Part shown: positions 25,330 through 37,920 of the stretch, piece after piece
Layout: every line of letters starts with the position of its first letter
How positions within the stretch are numbered: the stretch's first letter is position 1
NCBI RefSeq assembly: GCF_006345805.1
Contig: NC_043003.1
Location: 112,158,001 to 112,222,000, forward strand
Source of the DNA: Octopus sinensis
Taxonomy: Eukaryota
Direction of reading: 5' to 3'
Length of the DNA stretch: 64,000 nt
Made by a program: the position numbers and the translations under genes
Notes under the pieces: model-generated
What the model was told of the DNA's origin: nothing
What the model saw: only the letters and a program-made list of their open reading frames with translations
Databases searched by the model: none

Positions 25330-26200
25330 TTAAAAGCTGTCCGGTATATAGAATATAGTAGGGTTTAAATTTATCTAATTGTAAATATAATTTGATATCT
25401 GAAAAAATCTACGCTTGTAACGTTACTTTCTATCGTAATACATTCATTGGAATAAAGTAATCAAGTTTATCTAACACAAGCCCGTCTACATTATGGGTGA
25501 CTATAAGACCGCCATCCCTGCATCTATAATCCTGCATCTATATAACGGAATTCTAGATGCAGATTATGCAAAATATAATCTCCTATTTCTTTACTATCAA
25601 CAAGGGGCTAAACACAGAGGGAACATACAAGGACAGACAAACGGATTAAGTCGATTATATCGACCCCAGTGCGTAACTGGTACTTATTTAATCGACCCCG
25701 AAAGGATGAAAGGCAAAGTCGACCTCGGCGGAATTTGAACTCAGAGTGTAACGGGAGACGAAATACCGTTAAGCATTTCGCCCGGCGTGCTAACGCTTCT
25801 GCCAGCTCATCGCCTTTATAAATATCATCTCCTATAAGCACACATACCTCTGCCCCATCATATAACCCCGTTGGTACATCGAAAAGAGAATCCTCACTCT
25901 TTTTTACCAAGGTGGAATCCTTATAAAAAAAAAGGGAATCACTGGCATGTAAGATAATATCTATTTCCGAGTTATCGATATTGACATACTGCTTGGCGAA
26001 ATCTAATGCTTTTAGAAGCAAAGGCCTAAATATTGACGGGTAAAAGTCGATGACGTCAAACTGCGTAAATTTGCAGGAATGCTTATGGCTAATCTTTTTC
26101 AACCAATGTATTACTGACTTGCTATTTTTCGAAACCTTTAAATTTAATTCACTATTTAACATAAATTCCTGCAGGCACGCCGCAAAGTTTAAAATGTCAA
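25330..26200 (-). pseudogene. Penelope-like retroelement reverse transcriptase remnant, split by a SINE
   Basis: QFDVIDFYPSI...LLKALDFAK...IILHA..SLFF...SLFDVPTGLYDGAEVCVLIG at 26200-25831. It resumes after the SINE as IGDYILHNL...AGL(Y)RDGGLIV...ITIESNVTSVDF..PY at 25586-25330. This matches the PLE RT pattern FD..DFYPSI / DV.MG..DGAE.C.LVG / GLYRDDGL. Confidence 0.8.
25587..25819 (-). mobile_element. Full-length tRNA-derived SINE with a 16-bp target-site duplication
   Basis: Same family as 58013-58228. TSD is aaatataatctcctat (25571-25586) vs aaatatcatctcctat (25820-25835), 1 mismatch. Confidence 0.9.
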
Positions 26201-26519
26201 CCTGCAAAGTAATGTATGGGTAAAATATTTTGACATTGGAAATATTTTTTGAGTGTCGAATTTGAATTTTACTTTAAACGTTATAGCTATTTTCCATTGC
26301 AATGCTAGTGATTTTGAGAAAGCCTTCGACTGTTTTACAAATTTAAGCTTAACCTTCATCGAGGTTTATTTTTATTGTTTACCCACGGATTTAATTATGT
26401 TATATCAAATTAATGTACATTTGCGTAATTTTTACGATTTAATATTATATACACCTGACAGTTTTAAAATTGTTTGTAGATATAGGTTATGATGTATATA
26501 TTTATCTTGATATGAAGAT

Positions 26520-27155
26520 ATGTCTACATATCGATTGATTTTATCGTAGAGAATCCATTTTTCATTACCAGTGATGATTCGTTTAAAAAAAGCTCGATTT
26601 CATTGCATTGGAAATGCATATCGCAAATATTGATTCGCTGTGTTAAGCGAATGTCTTTCAATATATGTGGAACCCAAATATCGAACTTCTTAACGAGTCC
26701 AAGACATTTTAAGTAACTTTCAACTATTGTATGTGATACATTTGACCTCTTCAATTTCACGCACAATTATATGACAATCAGATTCAACTATAGTTTTGAT
26801 CCTGTCCTCATCAACGTCAGTAGGTCGATCAGAACGTTGGTCATCTTTGATTGAAATATCTCCAGAATGGCATTTTTTAAACCATTTCTGACGTGCGCGT
26901 TCTGTTAAGTATTCAATACGGAAATAAAAAAGCAAACTATGGCGAAAATGTTCCTTTTTGCACTCCATGTTAAAATTCACACTGAACTAACAGCTGTAAA
27001 CAAGATTAATCGCAATTTACTCCTAAAGTAAGCAAAAGATACATGCTATCAAATGTCAAAAAGGAAAACATCGTAACATTGAGAAAAGTCATTTGAAAAA
27101 TTGTAACTCTCTCTATTTGCAAAAAACGAAACTACATTCCTGACAACCCAAAATA
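26520..27155 (-). pseudogene. Mariner remnant: 5' TIR plus the N-terminal half of the transposase
   Basis: TA|ttttgggttgtcaggaatgta end at ~27155. MECKKEHFRH.LLFYFR, WFKK.HSGDISIKDDQRSDRP and LVKKFDIWVPHIL are mariner HTH/WVPHEL-like motifs. Confidence 0.85.
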
Positions 27156-27389
27156 AAGATGTATATATATATATATATAACGGGAAGCTTTATGAAAATA
27201 GACAAAAGACGAAGGCAGGTTTACGGAAATAAACAAAAGACGAAGGCAGGTGGAATACAAACAAACAATTGTATTAGTATGGTGCTCAGGAAAATATGGG
27301 TATGTGTGCCTGTGTATGTCTCTGTGTGTGCATGTGTGCATGAAGCTGCACACCTGTATGCACACAAATGTGCCGAGTAACATTGCTGT

Positions 27390-27831
27390 GTTTACTTCAC
27401 AAGTTTTGAAGCTTCTGTCTTTGTGATCATGCGTATGCTGCAGTCAAAGACTTTGTAAATGGACACGAAGTTGGAACAAAGGGCGAATGTGAAATTTTAC
27501 CTTCATCTTGGGAAGCCTACTACAGAGACATCGAGCATACTTCGGCGATGGGTCGTACGCAATGTTTCCATCTCTCCGCCAAGATGAACGAGCGTTTGAA
27601 AAGTAACCTTTTTCAACATCGTTGTCGAAATCCAGAGCGCATTGCAGACGTTCCTCCACTCGCTTAGGGAAAACGATTTCCAGGGCGGATTCCAATAGCG
27701 GCCGGAACGATGGGACCGGTGTATTGCTTTGTAAGGGGACTATTTCGAAGGAGATGACGTTACAGCTTAGATAAATGAGTTATTTTTCATTAAACATATC
27801 TAGTCCGGAAACCTGTTGACACAACCTCGTA
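27390..27831 (+). mobile_element. Internally deleted mariner of a second family, with 3' TIR
   Basis: MDTKLEQRANVKFYLHLGK (mariner N-terminus) is joined to RWDRCIAL*GDYFEGD (C-terminus). It ends gtccggaaacctgttgacacaacctcg|TA. Confidence 0.7.
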
Positions 27832-27849
27832 CACGTGATCACAAAAACA

Positions 27850-27990
27850 CAAATTTCGCAGCTTCCGAAGAAAACAGAGCGATATCAGTCGGCATAGCAC
27901 CTCACGAAAGTCACTGCGTACACAGTCGTGTGCTGCCATCTATTGGCGCGCAACAGAAATAGTCCGGGAACTTTTTGATACCATTTTGTA
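27850..27990 (+). mobile_element. Mariner-derived MITE end fragment
   Basis: Ends agtccgggaactttttgataccattttg|TA, similar to the TIR at 27802-27831. Confidence 0.55.
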
Positions 27991-28111
27991 TGTGGGTATG
28001 TAAATGTATTCTCAGAGGGAGAGAGGGGGAGAGATGCATGTGTGTGTCTATGTTTGAGCCGCATCCCCACTTGACAACAAGGTATGCCTGTACCTGTGGT
28101 TTTATGTGTAT

Positions 28112-28277
28112 GTATACACGACGAACTTATTCTACTTTCCATCTTCCGAGTCCACTTGAGGCTTTGGTCGTATAGGTGCTATAGTAGAAGAATCTTGCCC
28201 ACGGTGCTAGGCAGTGGAACTGAACCGGGGACCATGTAGTTGGAAAGCAAACTTTTTACCACACAGCTACTTCCGCA
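28112..28277 (-). mobile_element. tRNA-derived SINE (family of 10545-10900)
   Basis: The minus strand reads gtagctgtgtggtaaaaag...ggttcagttccact...gggcaagattcttctactatagc...gaccaaagcc. Confidence 0.75.
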
Positions 28278-30245
28278 TCTGTTTACTTTATTTCAAAGCA
28301 TCGAACTTGTGTGGCTTAGTTTGTGTATGTAATGTTGGTGGTGAGTGGAAAGTTCGATGAGTTCTAGTTAAGTCAAGGATCCATCATCGTGATTAAGGTA
28401 GATGTCGATAAGTTCAATTTGCCGTCAACTGGGAATGAAATGTAAAAGGTATAGTGGCATGCTAATTCAGTAAGAATGGGTTTTCCTTCGCGAACATGAA
28501 GGTCAGTGGAGCAGAAAGATTCCCATAAATGTAGATCACTTTAAGGAATCTATTAGTTGTGAATATGATTTTCTTTCTTTTTTTTTCTAGACAATGGCAA
28601 AGTCGATTAATAGGAATTCGTGTTTTTGAGTTACTTAGTTTAAGTGGAAATGGTGTGGAATGTAGGAGGGAGGTGTGTGGAAACACAGGTGCGTATAGGA
28701 ACGGATGACAAAAATACACTAACTCAAAAAAGACATTATGCACGTAGATGTATACACGGATGCATTCACACTTACGCAACACATTATACGCCTACATATA
28801 TGTAGATATATGATATATATATATACACACATATATATATATGAGTGCATATGTGTACGTGTGCGTGTGTGTGTATGCATATACAGGCAAATGCATATGC
28901 GTACCGAGCACCTAAGCACCGTAAACAACAAGCCTGGTGTTAATAAGTAGATATGCAAACAAAGAATGGTACACATACACATACACATACTCACCTACAT
29001 ACAAGAATACACATGCGTAAAGATGCGCATACACATCTTTAGATTCATACATAATACTGTGACATATTTATGTACAATCATAGATACATAAATGTTAACC
29101 ACCATTTTACTTACTCTTTTCTCTCTATCCATCTTTCCTTTCAAGAAGAGGTCTTCCCTTAACGTGAACTCTCATGAAGTAATATGAATACCCACCGCCT
29201 AGACACCAACAGCCGTTTCATGAAGCATGCAGCCCACCAGAAATCCGATGGATTGTACCTAGTTCAGCCTACACTACTCTTTCTGTTGTATATCTATGTC
29301 TTGAAGAACAAGGAATATAAGTAAGTTGCAATATTTCAATATCGCAAGCAACTAAGCCACTAACTCTTAAAATCCGTAATCTATTTCTTTTTTCCTTGTT
29401 TGTTTTTGTTTTTTCTTTTGTTTTTTCAAAGAATTTTGACTCTTGCACTTGTTCTGACAAAATTTAAATTATCACTTTAAACAACTGAACGCAAGATGTA
29501 CCAATGCATCCAATTGTATAGTGAGAAATATTTGTGAAGCAAGAAAATCACTTTCTATATGCTTGAAGATGATCAGACGATCGAATATAATAATAGTTAT
29601 ATATAGTTTCGAATATTACTACTGGGTCAACGAATTTTTAGCTGGCAGGATTAATCGATTGCATAGACCCCAGTAGCTAAATGATGCACTAACTTCGCAA
29701 TTCCACTTGGATGATAGGCAAAGATAAATGCTACGGGATATTGTTTATATATGTATATATAAACAAAATAAGCAATAAGAATGACTCCGGTAATTCTTGT
29801 TGCTTCTTTTGATTATAATCACCCCACAAATTTTTATGGATAACATCATACAAAATTCTGGCGCATCTAAATTAAGTACCATATTCATTTGAATCTAAAT
29901 TTTTGCTGAACTTATATATATATATATTACATAGATAGATATAGAACTTGATAGATAAGTAGGCAGACGGAAAAGTACAGATACATATACATTTACACAT
30001 ACATATATATCTTTTGTGTATAAATATGGATATATATGTATCTATGTGTGTCTGTACCCGATAAGTTTTGACTGTCGAAAATAAGGGTGCTTGATACCAT
30101 ATTATGGATATTTCATTTGGCTCAAAGCTATACTTGCCATTTCATGTGTGGGTGCAAATGGTTAGAACTCACACAAGTGAGAACTCGTGTGAACGACACT
30201 TAGAAGAGCAAGGAGTTAAAATAGGTGTGTTAATAGACAGGCAGA

Positions 30246-30810
<565 letters not shown>

Positions 30811-30876
30811 GTTTCTTTATTAGCCACACAGGGCTGCACACAGATAGAACAAATTACAAGATAGAGCTTTTCTTTT

Positions 30877-33800
30877 CAGAGCGGTTTCGTCGCTCTGCCC
30901 GCATCTCGGGCAGGTCGGCCCCGTGTTTCTCGAGCCATGCCTATAGAGCTTATCCCGAACGGGTAGCGCTTCTCGGTAGCACCGCCAGGCCAGGGATCTC
31001 TAGAAATTGTCCATAGGTCCCGGGCCGAAAGTCGTTTGAAACAGGCGGGTCAGGTATTCCTCGTCGACGCCCAGGTTTGCCCCGAGCTCGTCGTCGTACC
31101 TCCCCTCCACTAATCCCCTATAGAATGCTTTGGTTGTGTTGAAGTCACTCAAGGTCGACCCGGGACGGCAGAGTTGCTTGAGAGCAACGCGACACTCGCG
31201 GTGCCATTCGCCCTTCTTCGGCCTCTTTTTGATCCACGACTGTAGTTCGGTCATGGAGACGAGTTGCGGGAATGCGTGCCTCACAAACGGCGACCACACC
31301 TGTTCACCGTCGTCTACATAGAGCCGGAGATGTCGCAGTCTCAGCGCGTGTCTGCGCATCATCAACCACGGCATGCCCAGCGGGTGTTGACAGCAAATGG
31401 ATCGCCTGACCATCGGGACGCATCCTTTCCACAAGAAGCGGAAGAGGATGCGTTCTAGTTTGGTGATGGTAGGGTCGGGACAAGGTACGACGGTCAGGCG
31501 GTAGTAGATGATGGACGCGATGTACGCGTTCACCACCTCCGCCCGACCTTTTAGGGACAGTTTCCTCTCGGCCCATTGCTGGCCGAGAGTGACCACCCTA
31601 CTCGTTATCTCGTTCCAGTTCTTCTCCATTTGGAGGTCCGGACCGAACCAGACCCCGAGTAACTCAACCGGGCCGTCTGTCCAGCGTCCCACGACGGAGG
31701 TACTGGTGGACGGCATGGGCTTGCTTCTCCAGGTGCCGAGCCGCAAGCCCACTGACTTTTCCCGGTTGATTTTTGCTCCTGTCACCGCTTCGTAGTCTTT
31801 CAGTGTCTCGCCGACCCGCTCGATGTGCTCGTGGCTTGACACTAAGACGGTGACGTCGTCCGCGTATGCAGACACGCTCGTCCCGCATCCTAATTCTCGC
31901 GGGATGCCCCTCAGAGTCGCCAGCTTCCGCAGTAGTGGCTCAAGAGTCAATACGTATAGAAGCGCCGAGAGGGGGCATCCCTGACGGACCGAACGTGCAA
32001 TGTCGAAGGGTCTCGATAGATGTCCATTTACGCGAATTACCGAACGGATGCCCCTGTACAAGGCAGCTATCCAGCCGCGGAAGACGGGACCGAAACCAGC
32101 CGCTCTCAGGACTGCCTCCAAGTATCGATGGTCTACCCTATCAAAGGCTTTCGATTGATCCAAGTTGATCAGGGCCCCACCCATGCCAGGTTCGTTAACT
32201 ACCCTGTCTATGATGTAGCGCATCAGATGGAGGTTGTCATGGATGCTCCGGCCCGGCACGGCGCACGTTTGTGCGTTGTCGACCAGTTTCTCCATGACAA
32301 GCGCCAACCTCTTGGCTAACACCTTTGTCAAAATTTTCAGGTCTGCATTGAGCAGAGTGATTGGCCTAAAGTTATCTATAATGTTTCCCTGTTTGGATCT
32401 TTCTTCAGCAGAGTTACAGCTCCTCGACTCACAAAACCGGGTATGCTCCCGTTTTGCTGCCAGTTGCAGTATACCGCTGCCAAGACGTCTCCAAACAAGT
32501 CTGGCATACAATAGTAAAATTCGTAGTGTAGACCATCCAAACCCGGTGATTTGTCCCTCGAGCATTCTGCCATCGCTTCCCGCACTTCCGCCGCCGTGAT
32601 GGCACCTTCGCAGCACCCTGCCTTTCTTGTCGAGAGTCGTGGTAGGCTGTGTAGGTAGGCACTGAAGTCTACCCTACGTTCTTGCCCTCCACTCGTCCCG
32701 AACAGTCGGGCAAAATGCTGCTGAAAGGCCTCACACATTTTACTTGGCTCGAGCAATTCGCGCCCCTGTTCATCTACCAGTGACCGAATGGTGGCTTTGT
32801 TGCCCTGTTGCGCCTCTGCCACCGGGCCTCTCTCGCGGCTCCAACACCTTCGTTCCTTAGAGCACGCATCCTGGCTCTGACAGCACATCCTTCGTGTTGG
32901 CGTTGAAGTGTTGGTCGAGGGCCAACCTCGCCGCCAAAACGTCGGATGCGATGCCGCTTCTAATTGCCTCTTCTAGCTTCTTAACTAGCTCACCCTCTAC
33001 TCTATTTCTATCTATGGCTAGTGCTTTGCTGTACCTAATCGCTTCTGCTTTTACTGCTCTCTTGAAGGCAAACCACCATTTGTTGTTGATGATGGCTCCC
33101 GTCAAAGCCCTCTTTACTAGTGTGCTAATCCGGTCTCTGAAAACTTGTCTGGACGGGAATGATGCGTTCAGTTTCCAGTACCCAGGACCCTGTCTATGTG
33201 CCTTATCTAAGTCTAGCGTACACGTCACCAATTTGTGATCCGTGTAGCTGACTGTGTGGAATTGTGGACATCCTAAGTTATCCTTGTCTACTGTCCTACA
33301 CAGTATCCTATCTAGATACGATCTCGACGACCCACTGCGGTTGCTCCATGTCTACGTTGGTGCATTTGGGTGGTCGAGTCGGTACCTGTCAGACAGTTGG
33401 AATCGTCTGAGCAGGTCTCTGAGGCATTTGCATCCCCTTCTGTTTCTGTCTCTACCCACGTAGTCTACATGCGTGTCCAAGGTAGTATTCCAATCCCCCA
33501 CTAAGAGTAAAGGACGAGACGTTCCCAAGAATACTTCTAGACGTCGAAAGAAATCCGCCCGACCTGTTAAGGGCGGTGCGTAGACTGATACGAGTCGAAA
33601 AGCGCACCCATTGCTGCCGTCAACATCCAGAACGATCAGTCTACCCTCCGGGTCTACGAATATCGTCTTGACTTCGAGATCCAGGGTCTTGTGAAAAAGT
33701 ACCGCGGTGCCACTACCGCCCATCCTCGGCAGACAGGGAGCGAAATAAATGTTAAACTGTCCGCCAAACATGGACTTTAGGGCCCGTGGCTCGTGGAATC

Positions 33801-33915
33801 TGGTCTCACTTATGGCTATGATTCCCAAATCATGTGACTTGATGTCATTTAGGAGGTATCCTTGTTTCCAAGGAGACCCCAAGCCACGCGCATTCACACA
33901 ACCAATCTTGACCAT
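30877..33915 (-). pseudogene. LINE ORF2 (APE endonuclease + reverse transcriptase), disrupted
   Basis: EN motifs: CVNARGL, SETR, VGDWN, YLDRIL, TDHK. RT motifs: KSPGLDGL, FRPITLLNADLKIL, LDQSKAFDRV, VRQGCPLSALLY, YADD, LLGVWF. In-frame TAG at 33352 and 31000, three single-base deletions (~32895, ~32825, ~32390), and truncation after CPRCGQSDETAL. Confidence 0.92.
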
Positions 33916-33965
33916 GATTCTATTGGGGTGTGTGCTTTAAAACACACAAATGAAAGTACAGAGAG

Positions 33966-36073
33966 TTACTTACTTGTGTCGAAAGTTTTGGCTTCCTCGT
34001 TCTTTGATGTGTCTTCGAGGAGGTTTCTATATAGTTTTTGGGACAGATATTTCTGGAAACCCCCTACAGCATTTGGGAAGAGGGCTTTGAGTTTGTGGTG
34101 TTGTGTTTGTGTGATGTGTAGTATTTTGATGTGTTTGGGTGGTGTAGTGCGTGGATGATTGCTATTTTTAAAGTCATCTTCACAAATGTTTGTGTATCCT
34201 GTCATGTACTCCATTAGTTTGGAGTCTTTTGTGTCTATCGCTGATAGCATTGTTTTTGTGGTGTTGGTGCTTGTTTTGTTGTGTATGGAGTTTTCAGGGT
34301 TCATGTATCTCCCTGCTTTGGTTGCGATTTCTTGTTTGGTTTTTCTTGATCTTTTTCTTTTGCCCCTGTGGCTATTTGCCATTCTGTCGAACTTTCATCG
34401 TTAGATGAAAAGTCTGACGAATCAGCAGGGGGCAAGGGTAAAGCGTCTGGGTGTGTTTGTGCGGTTGTAGATATTGTTGTGGTGCGCGGGGAGGGTGTTG
34501 CTGGGGGGTTTGTTGTGGTTATTGTCTCTCCTACATCCTTGGTGCTTGTCTTCTTCGTTGTTATTCTTGGTGTTGGAATTGGTTTATTTGTTGTTGGTGG
34601 TGATGATTCTGTTCTTGGCGCTGGTGTTGGTGTTGTTTGGTTGGGTTGGCTTGTTCTTTGTTGTTTTTCCTGCATTTCCGCATACAGCTTCTTGACTAGC
34701 TGTCCATATTGTGGTGTGGGCAATAATCCTGGCTTTTGTGATTTTTCCTGTGGCTGTTGTTGTTGTTGTAATTTTGCGGCAGATTTGCACTCCTTTTTGA
34801 GGTGTGCCTCACTGCCACATGTATAGCATCGTGGCCTTCTGCCCTCGACTACTACGTATAACTTGCGGCCATCCTCAAGATGTACGTGGGTGGGGATTTT
34901 ATTTATGTCCTCTTGACTTATGTGGAAGAGGAACTCTATTCTCTTTCCCAGCCAGTCCTTGTTTTCCGAAACACCGATATCTAGGATGTTTATGTCCTCC
35001 ATTTCGGATGTTAAGGCGGATGTAATCCACAGTGTTGTAGTCACTTGGGGGACACCACTGATAATGACTTTCGTCACCTTCTGGCCGAGGTAACTCGGTG
35101 TCAACGTTAGTTCATCAGAATGAAGGGTTATCGTTGAGAATTTCTTCGCCAACTCTTCATTCTGAAAAACCACCTGTACGTGTGCGAACTTGTTCGCCCA
35201 AGTCACACAATCCTTGTATCCCCAGATGGGGCGTAAGCACTTTTCGACTTTGTCTGGGCTTGCCTTTTCTGGACTTATTGTTTTTTTATTTGTGATTTTA
35301 TATACAATTGTCTTTTTTTTCTCCTCATTCAGTATGTGCTGAGGTATGTGTAAGAGTATTTTTCCGTTTTGATTTGTAATAAGGTTTCTGCAATCTTTAA
35401 TCTGTTGTGTAGTAAACGAAACTTTTGTTACCTTTTCTTTTATCGCCTCGGCGAAGTTTGTTGTTGTTTTGTTATTGTTGTTACTGCCGGTGGTGTTGGT
35501 GTTGATGGCAGGGGTGTGGGTTGTAGGTTTGTGGTTGCTGATTATGCAACTAGCAAGGGGTGGAAAATTGCCTGCGTAATTTAGTCCTGCATTAGCGCAA
35601 ATTTCGGCATTTCGTTTGCTTGTCGTCGTTATTTTTTCACTTGTTGGTGATGGAGTGAGCAGTGGTTGAAGGGAATTGTTGTTGTCATCGTCGTTGTTGT
35701 TGTTGTTGTTGTTGTTGTTGTTATTGCCGTTCTTGGTGACGGCGGTGGTGTTAGTAGTATTAGTAGCATTGACGGCACGGTCTTTGGTGGCGGTGATGTT
35801 GGTATTGTTATTGGTGGCGACGTCTTTAGTAGGGATAGCAGTTTTAGTAGCAGATTCTGCCATGGTGTTGTTATCGGTGTTGGTGGTGGTGGTGGACTCA
35901 CTGATGGTGTTGACGGTGCTTGGCCTTGCGACCTTTGTTTTGTATTTGTTGCTGTTGTCGATGTTGATGGTGGCGGAGTTGTCAGGTTCAGCGTAAGGTA
36001 ACAGAGCATCCTGTTTTTCTGCCTCTGCGTCACGCTTGACTTGCGCCTCAGCCTCGTGGTGACCAGTGGCCAT
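33966..36073 (-). CDS. LINE ORF1 (gag-like): N/T-rich N-terminus, CCHC zinc knuckle, one apparent frameshift
   Basis: ATG at 36073; CYTCGSEAHLKKEC knuckle. Adding one G to the GGGG run at ~34365 joins ORF 34301-36103 to ORF 33966-34382 (WQIATG-G-KRKRSRK...), giving ~700 aa. Confidence 0.8.
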
Positions 36074-36295
36074 TTTGGAAATAAAATGGCTAAATGAAAC
36101 CACGAAGGCTATGAGAATTTTTTCTTTTAAATTTTGCCCACAAGGGGCAAAATTTTGTGTAGATATTAATCAAGGTTTGCAGTGGATGTTGTTGCACAAC
36201 TTTTAAACAGAAAATATTTCACAATAAACAATTTTCAACGTACAAAATGACCAACTTACGTGGAGCCCATTTGACTAGCGTCCGTCCATGTCGAG

Positions 36296-36296
<1 letters not shown>

Positions 36297-36376
<80 letters not shown>

Positions 36377-36440
36377 TATGAATAGATGGATAGATGGATG
36401 GATGGAGAGATAGATAGATAGAAAAAGAGAGAGATAGACA
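36297..36440. repeat. (GATA)n array, on the 5' side of the LINE
   Basis: Directly visible. Confidence 0.95.
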
Positions 36441-36938
36441 TACATACGCATGTACAATTGCAAGCACTAATAAATATTATAAACACATATATATTTGTTT
36501 TCACCTGGCCCCCACCACATTTCTGAACTCAACTCATCTGTCCTATATGTTAATTTATTCAAATACATCAAATCCTATTTATCGAATTTGATGTTGTGTA
36601 TGTAAAAAAACAATTGCCCCTAATCTTGTCTATATTTATAGGAATCTTTACGCTCTGACAAAACGCATTTTCACAAACAAACTTTGAAGACGGCCAATTT
36701 ACGTTGCTCTACATATTTTCGTACTCCACTTCGCTGAATAACAAATAGATCATACTGATATTTATCTGATTCCAATCACAAGAGCAACACTGCTCATTAC
36801 GTACACGATTGTCTGCCATGTTATATCACAAAATTTAACACATCTAAGCCAACAAAATTTAATGTCCATTGCAAAACATCTCACAACCCCAGCATTCGTG
36901 CTCGGTAGTAACTAGTAATCATTGTTAGGCATTAACTT

Positions 36939-36979
<41 letters not shown>

Positions 36980-37002
36980 TACATGTACACACACGTGCGC
37001 AA

Positions 37003-37067
<65 letters not shown>

Positions 37068-37152
37068 GCGTACACTTCTTTATATAAAGGCATGTTTGTA
37101 CATATATATATATATGTATATATGTATATATATATATATATGTGTGTGTGTG

Positions 37153-37181
<29 letters not shown>

Positions 37182-37184
<3 letters not shown>

Positions 37185-37390
37185 AAAAAGAGTGACAAAA
37201 ACCACAGAAGGCTTGTATTACAAGGTTAAAGAATATATTTAAGTCGTTATGTTAGAAAAATGTTAGAAAATTTTGTGTAAAACTATGTTACTAAACACAA
37301 AATTTTATACCATCTTTCTAACGTAACAACTTAAATATATTCTTTAACCTTATAAAACGAGCCTTCTGTTATTTTCACTCTTTTTTTTAT
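37182..37390. mobile_element. Imperfect ~210-bp palindrome (foldback/MITE-like)
   Basis: The arms share aaaaaagagtga, acagaaggct and aaggttaaagaatatatttaagt.gtta.gttagaaa. The centre is aaaattttgtgt-16nt-acacaaaatttt. Confidence 0.75.
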
Positions 37391-37552
37391 AGATCCAACC
37401 ACGTGCTTTCAGGCACCAGCTCTCTCACCAATTAATATATATATATATATATGGAGGGATGAGGTGACGAGAATTTATCTCCTTACAAGCGATATAAACA
37501 GTATAATTTGTTGTAATAGAGCACCCACGTTTAAGCAGGGATATATATATAT

Positions 37553-37590
<38 letters not shown>

Positions 37591-37612
37591 AAGATGTATA
37601 TGTATGTATGTT

Positions 37613-37679
<67 letters not shown>

Positions 37680-37680
<1 letters not shown>

Positions 37681-37920
37681 TACTCGCATAGCAAGTAATT
37701 TGATCTGAGATCGTGTGCTAAAACGAAAACAATTGCAGCGTGGAAGGTGTTTATAAGCCATTTAAGAAACACACAAAAGACGATGCAGCACGGATTTTTG
37801 TCAGTGAACAGGTCGCCGATTTTAGCGACGAAAATATTTTGACAAATTAAACTTAAATGTTGAAGTGAATCGAACTTTTGTGTGTTTCTTAAATGGCTTA
37901 TAAACACCTTCCACGCAGCA

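Larger units (their letters stand above)
30811..36294 (-). mobile_element. L1/Tx1-clade non-LTR retrotransposon, ~5.5 kb, with both ends abutting (TATC)n
   Basis: It has a ~220-bp 5' UTR, an ORF1 with a CCHC knuckle, an ORF2 with APE endonuclease, RT and the start of a C-terminal Cys motif, and a 3' tail ending AATAAAGAAAC with no poly-A. It is flanked by TATC repeats on both sides. Confidence 0.92.

Noticed and set aside
31130-36033. Plus-strand and alternate-frame ORFs overlapping the LINE (e.g. 34368-34826, 35666-36001, 32234-32599)
   Set aside because: These are shadow ORFs of the GC-rich or low-complexity minus-strand coding sequence, with no independent motifs.
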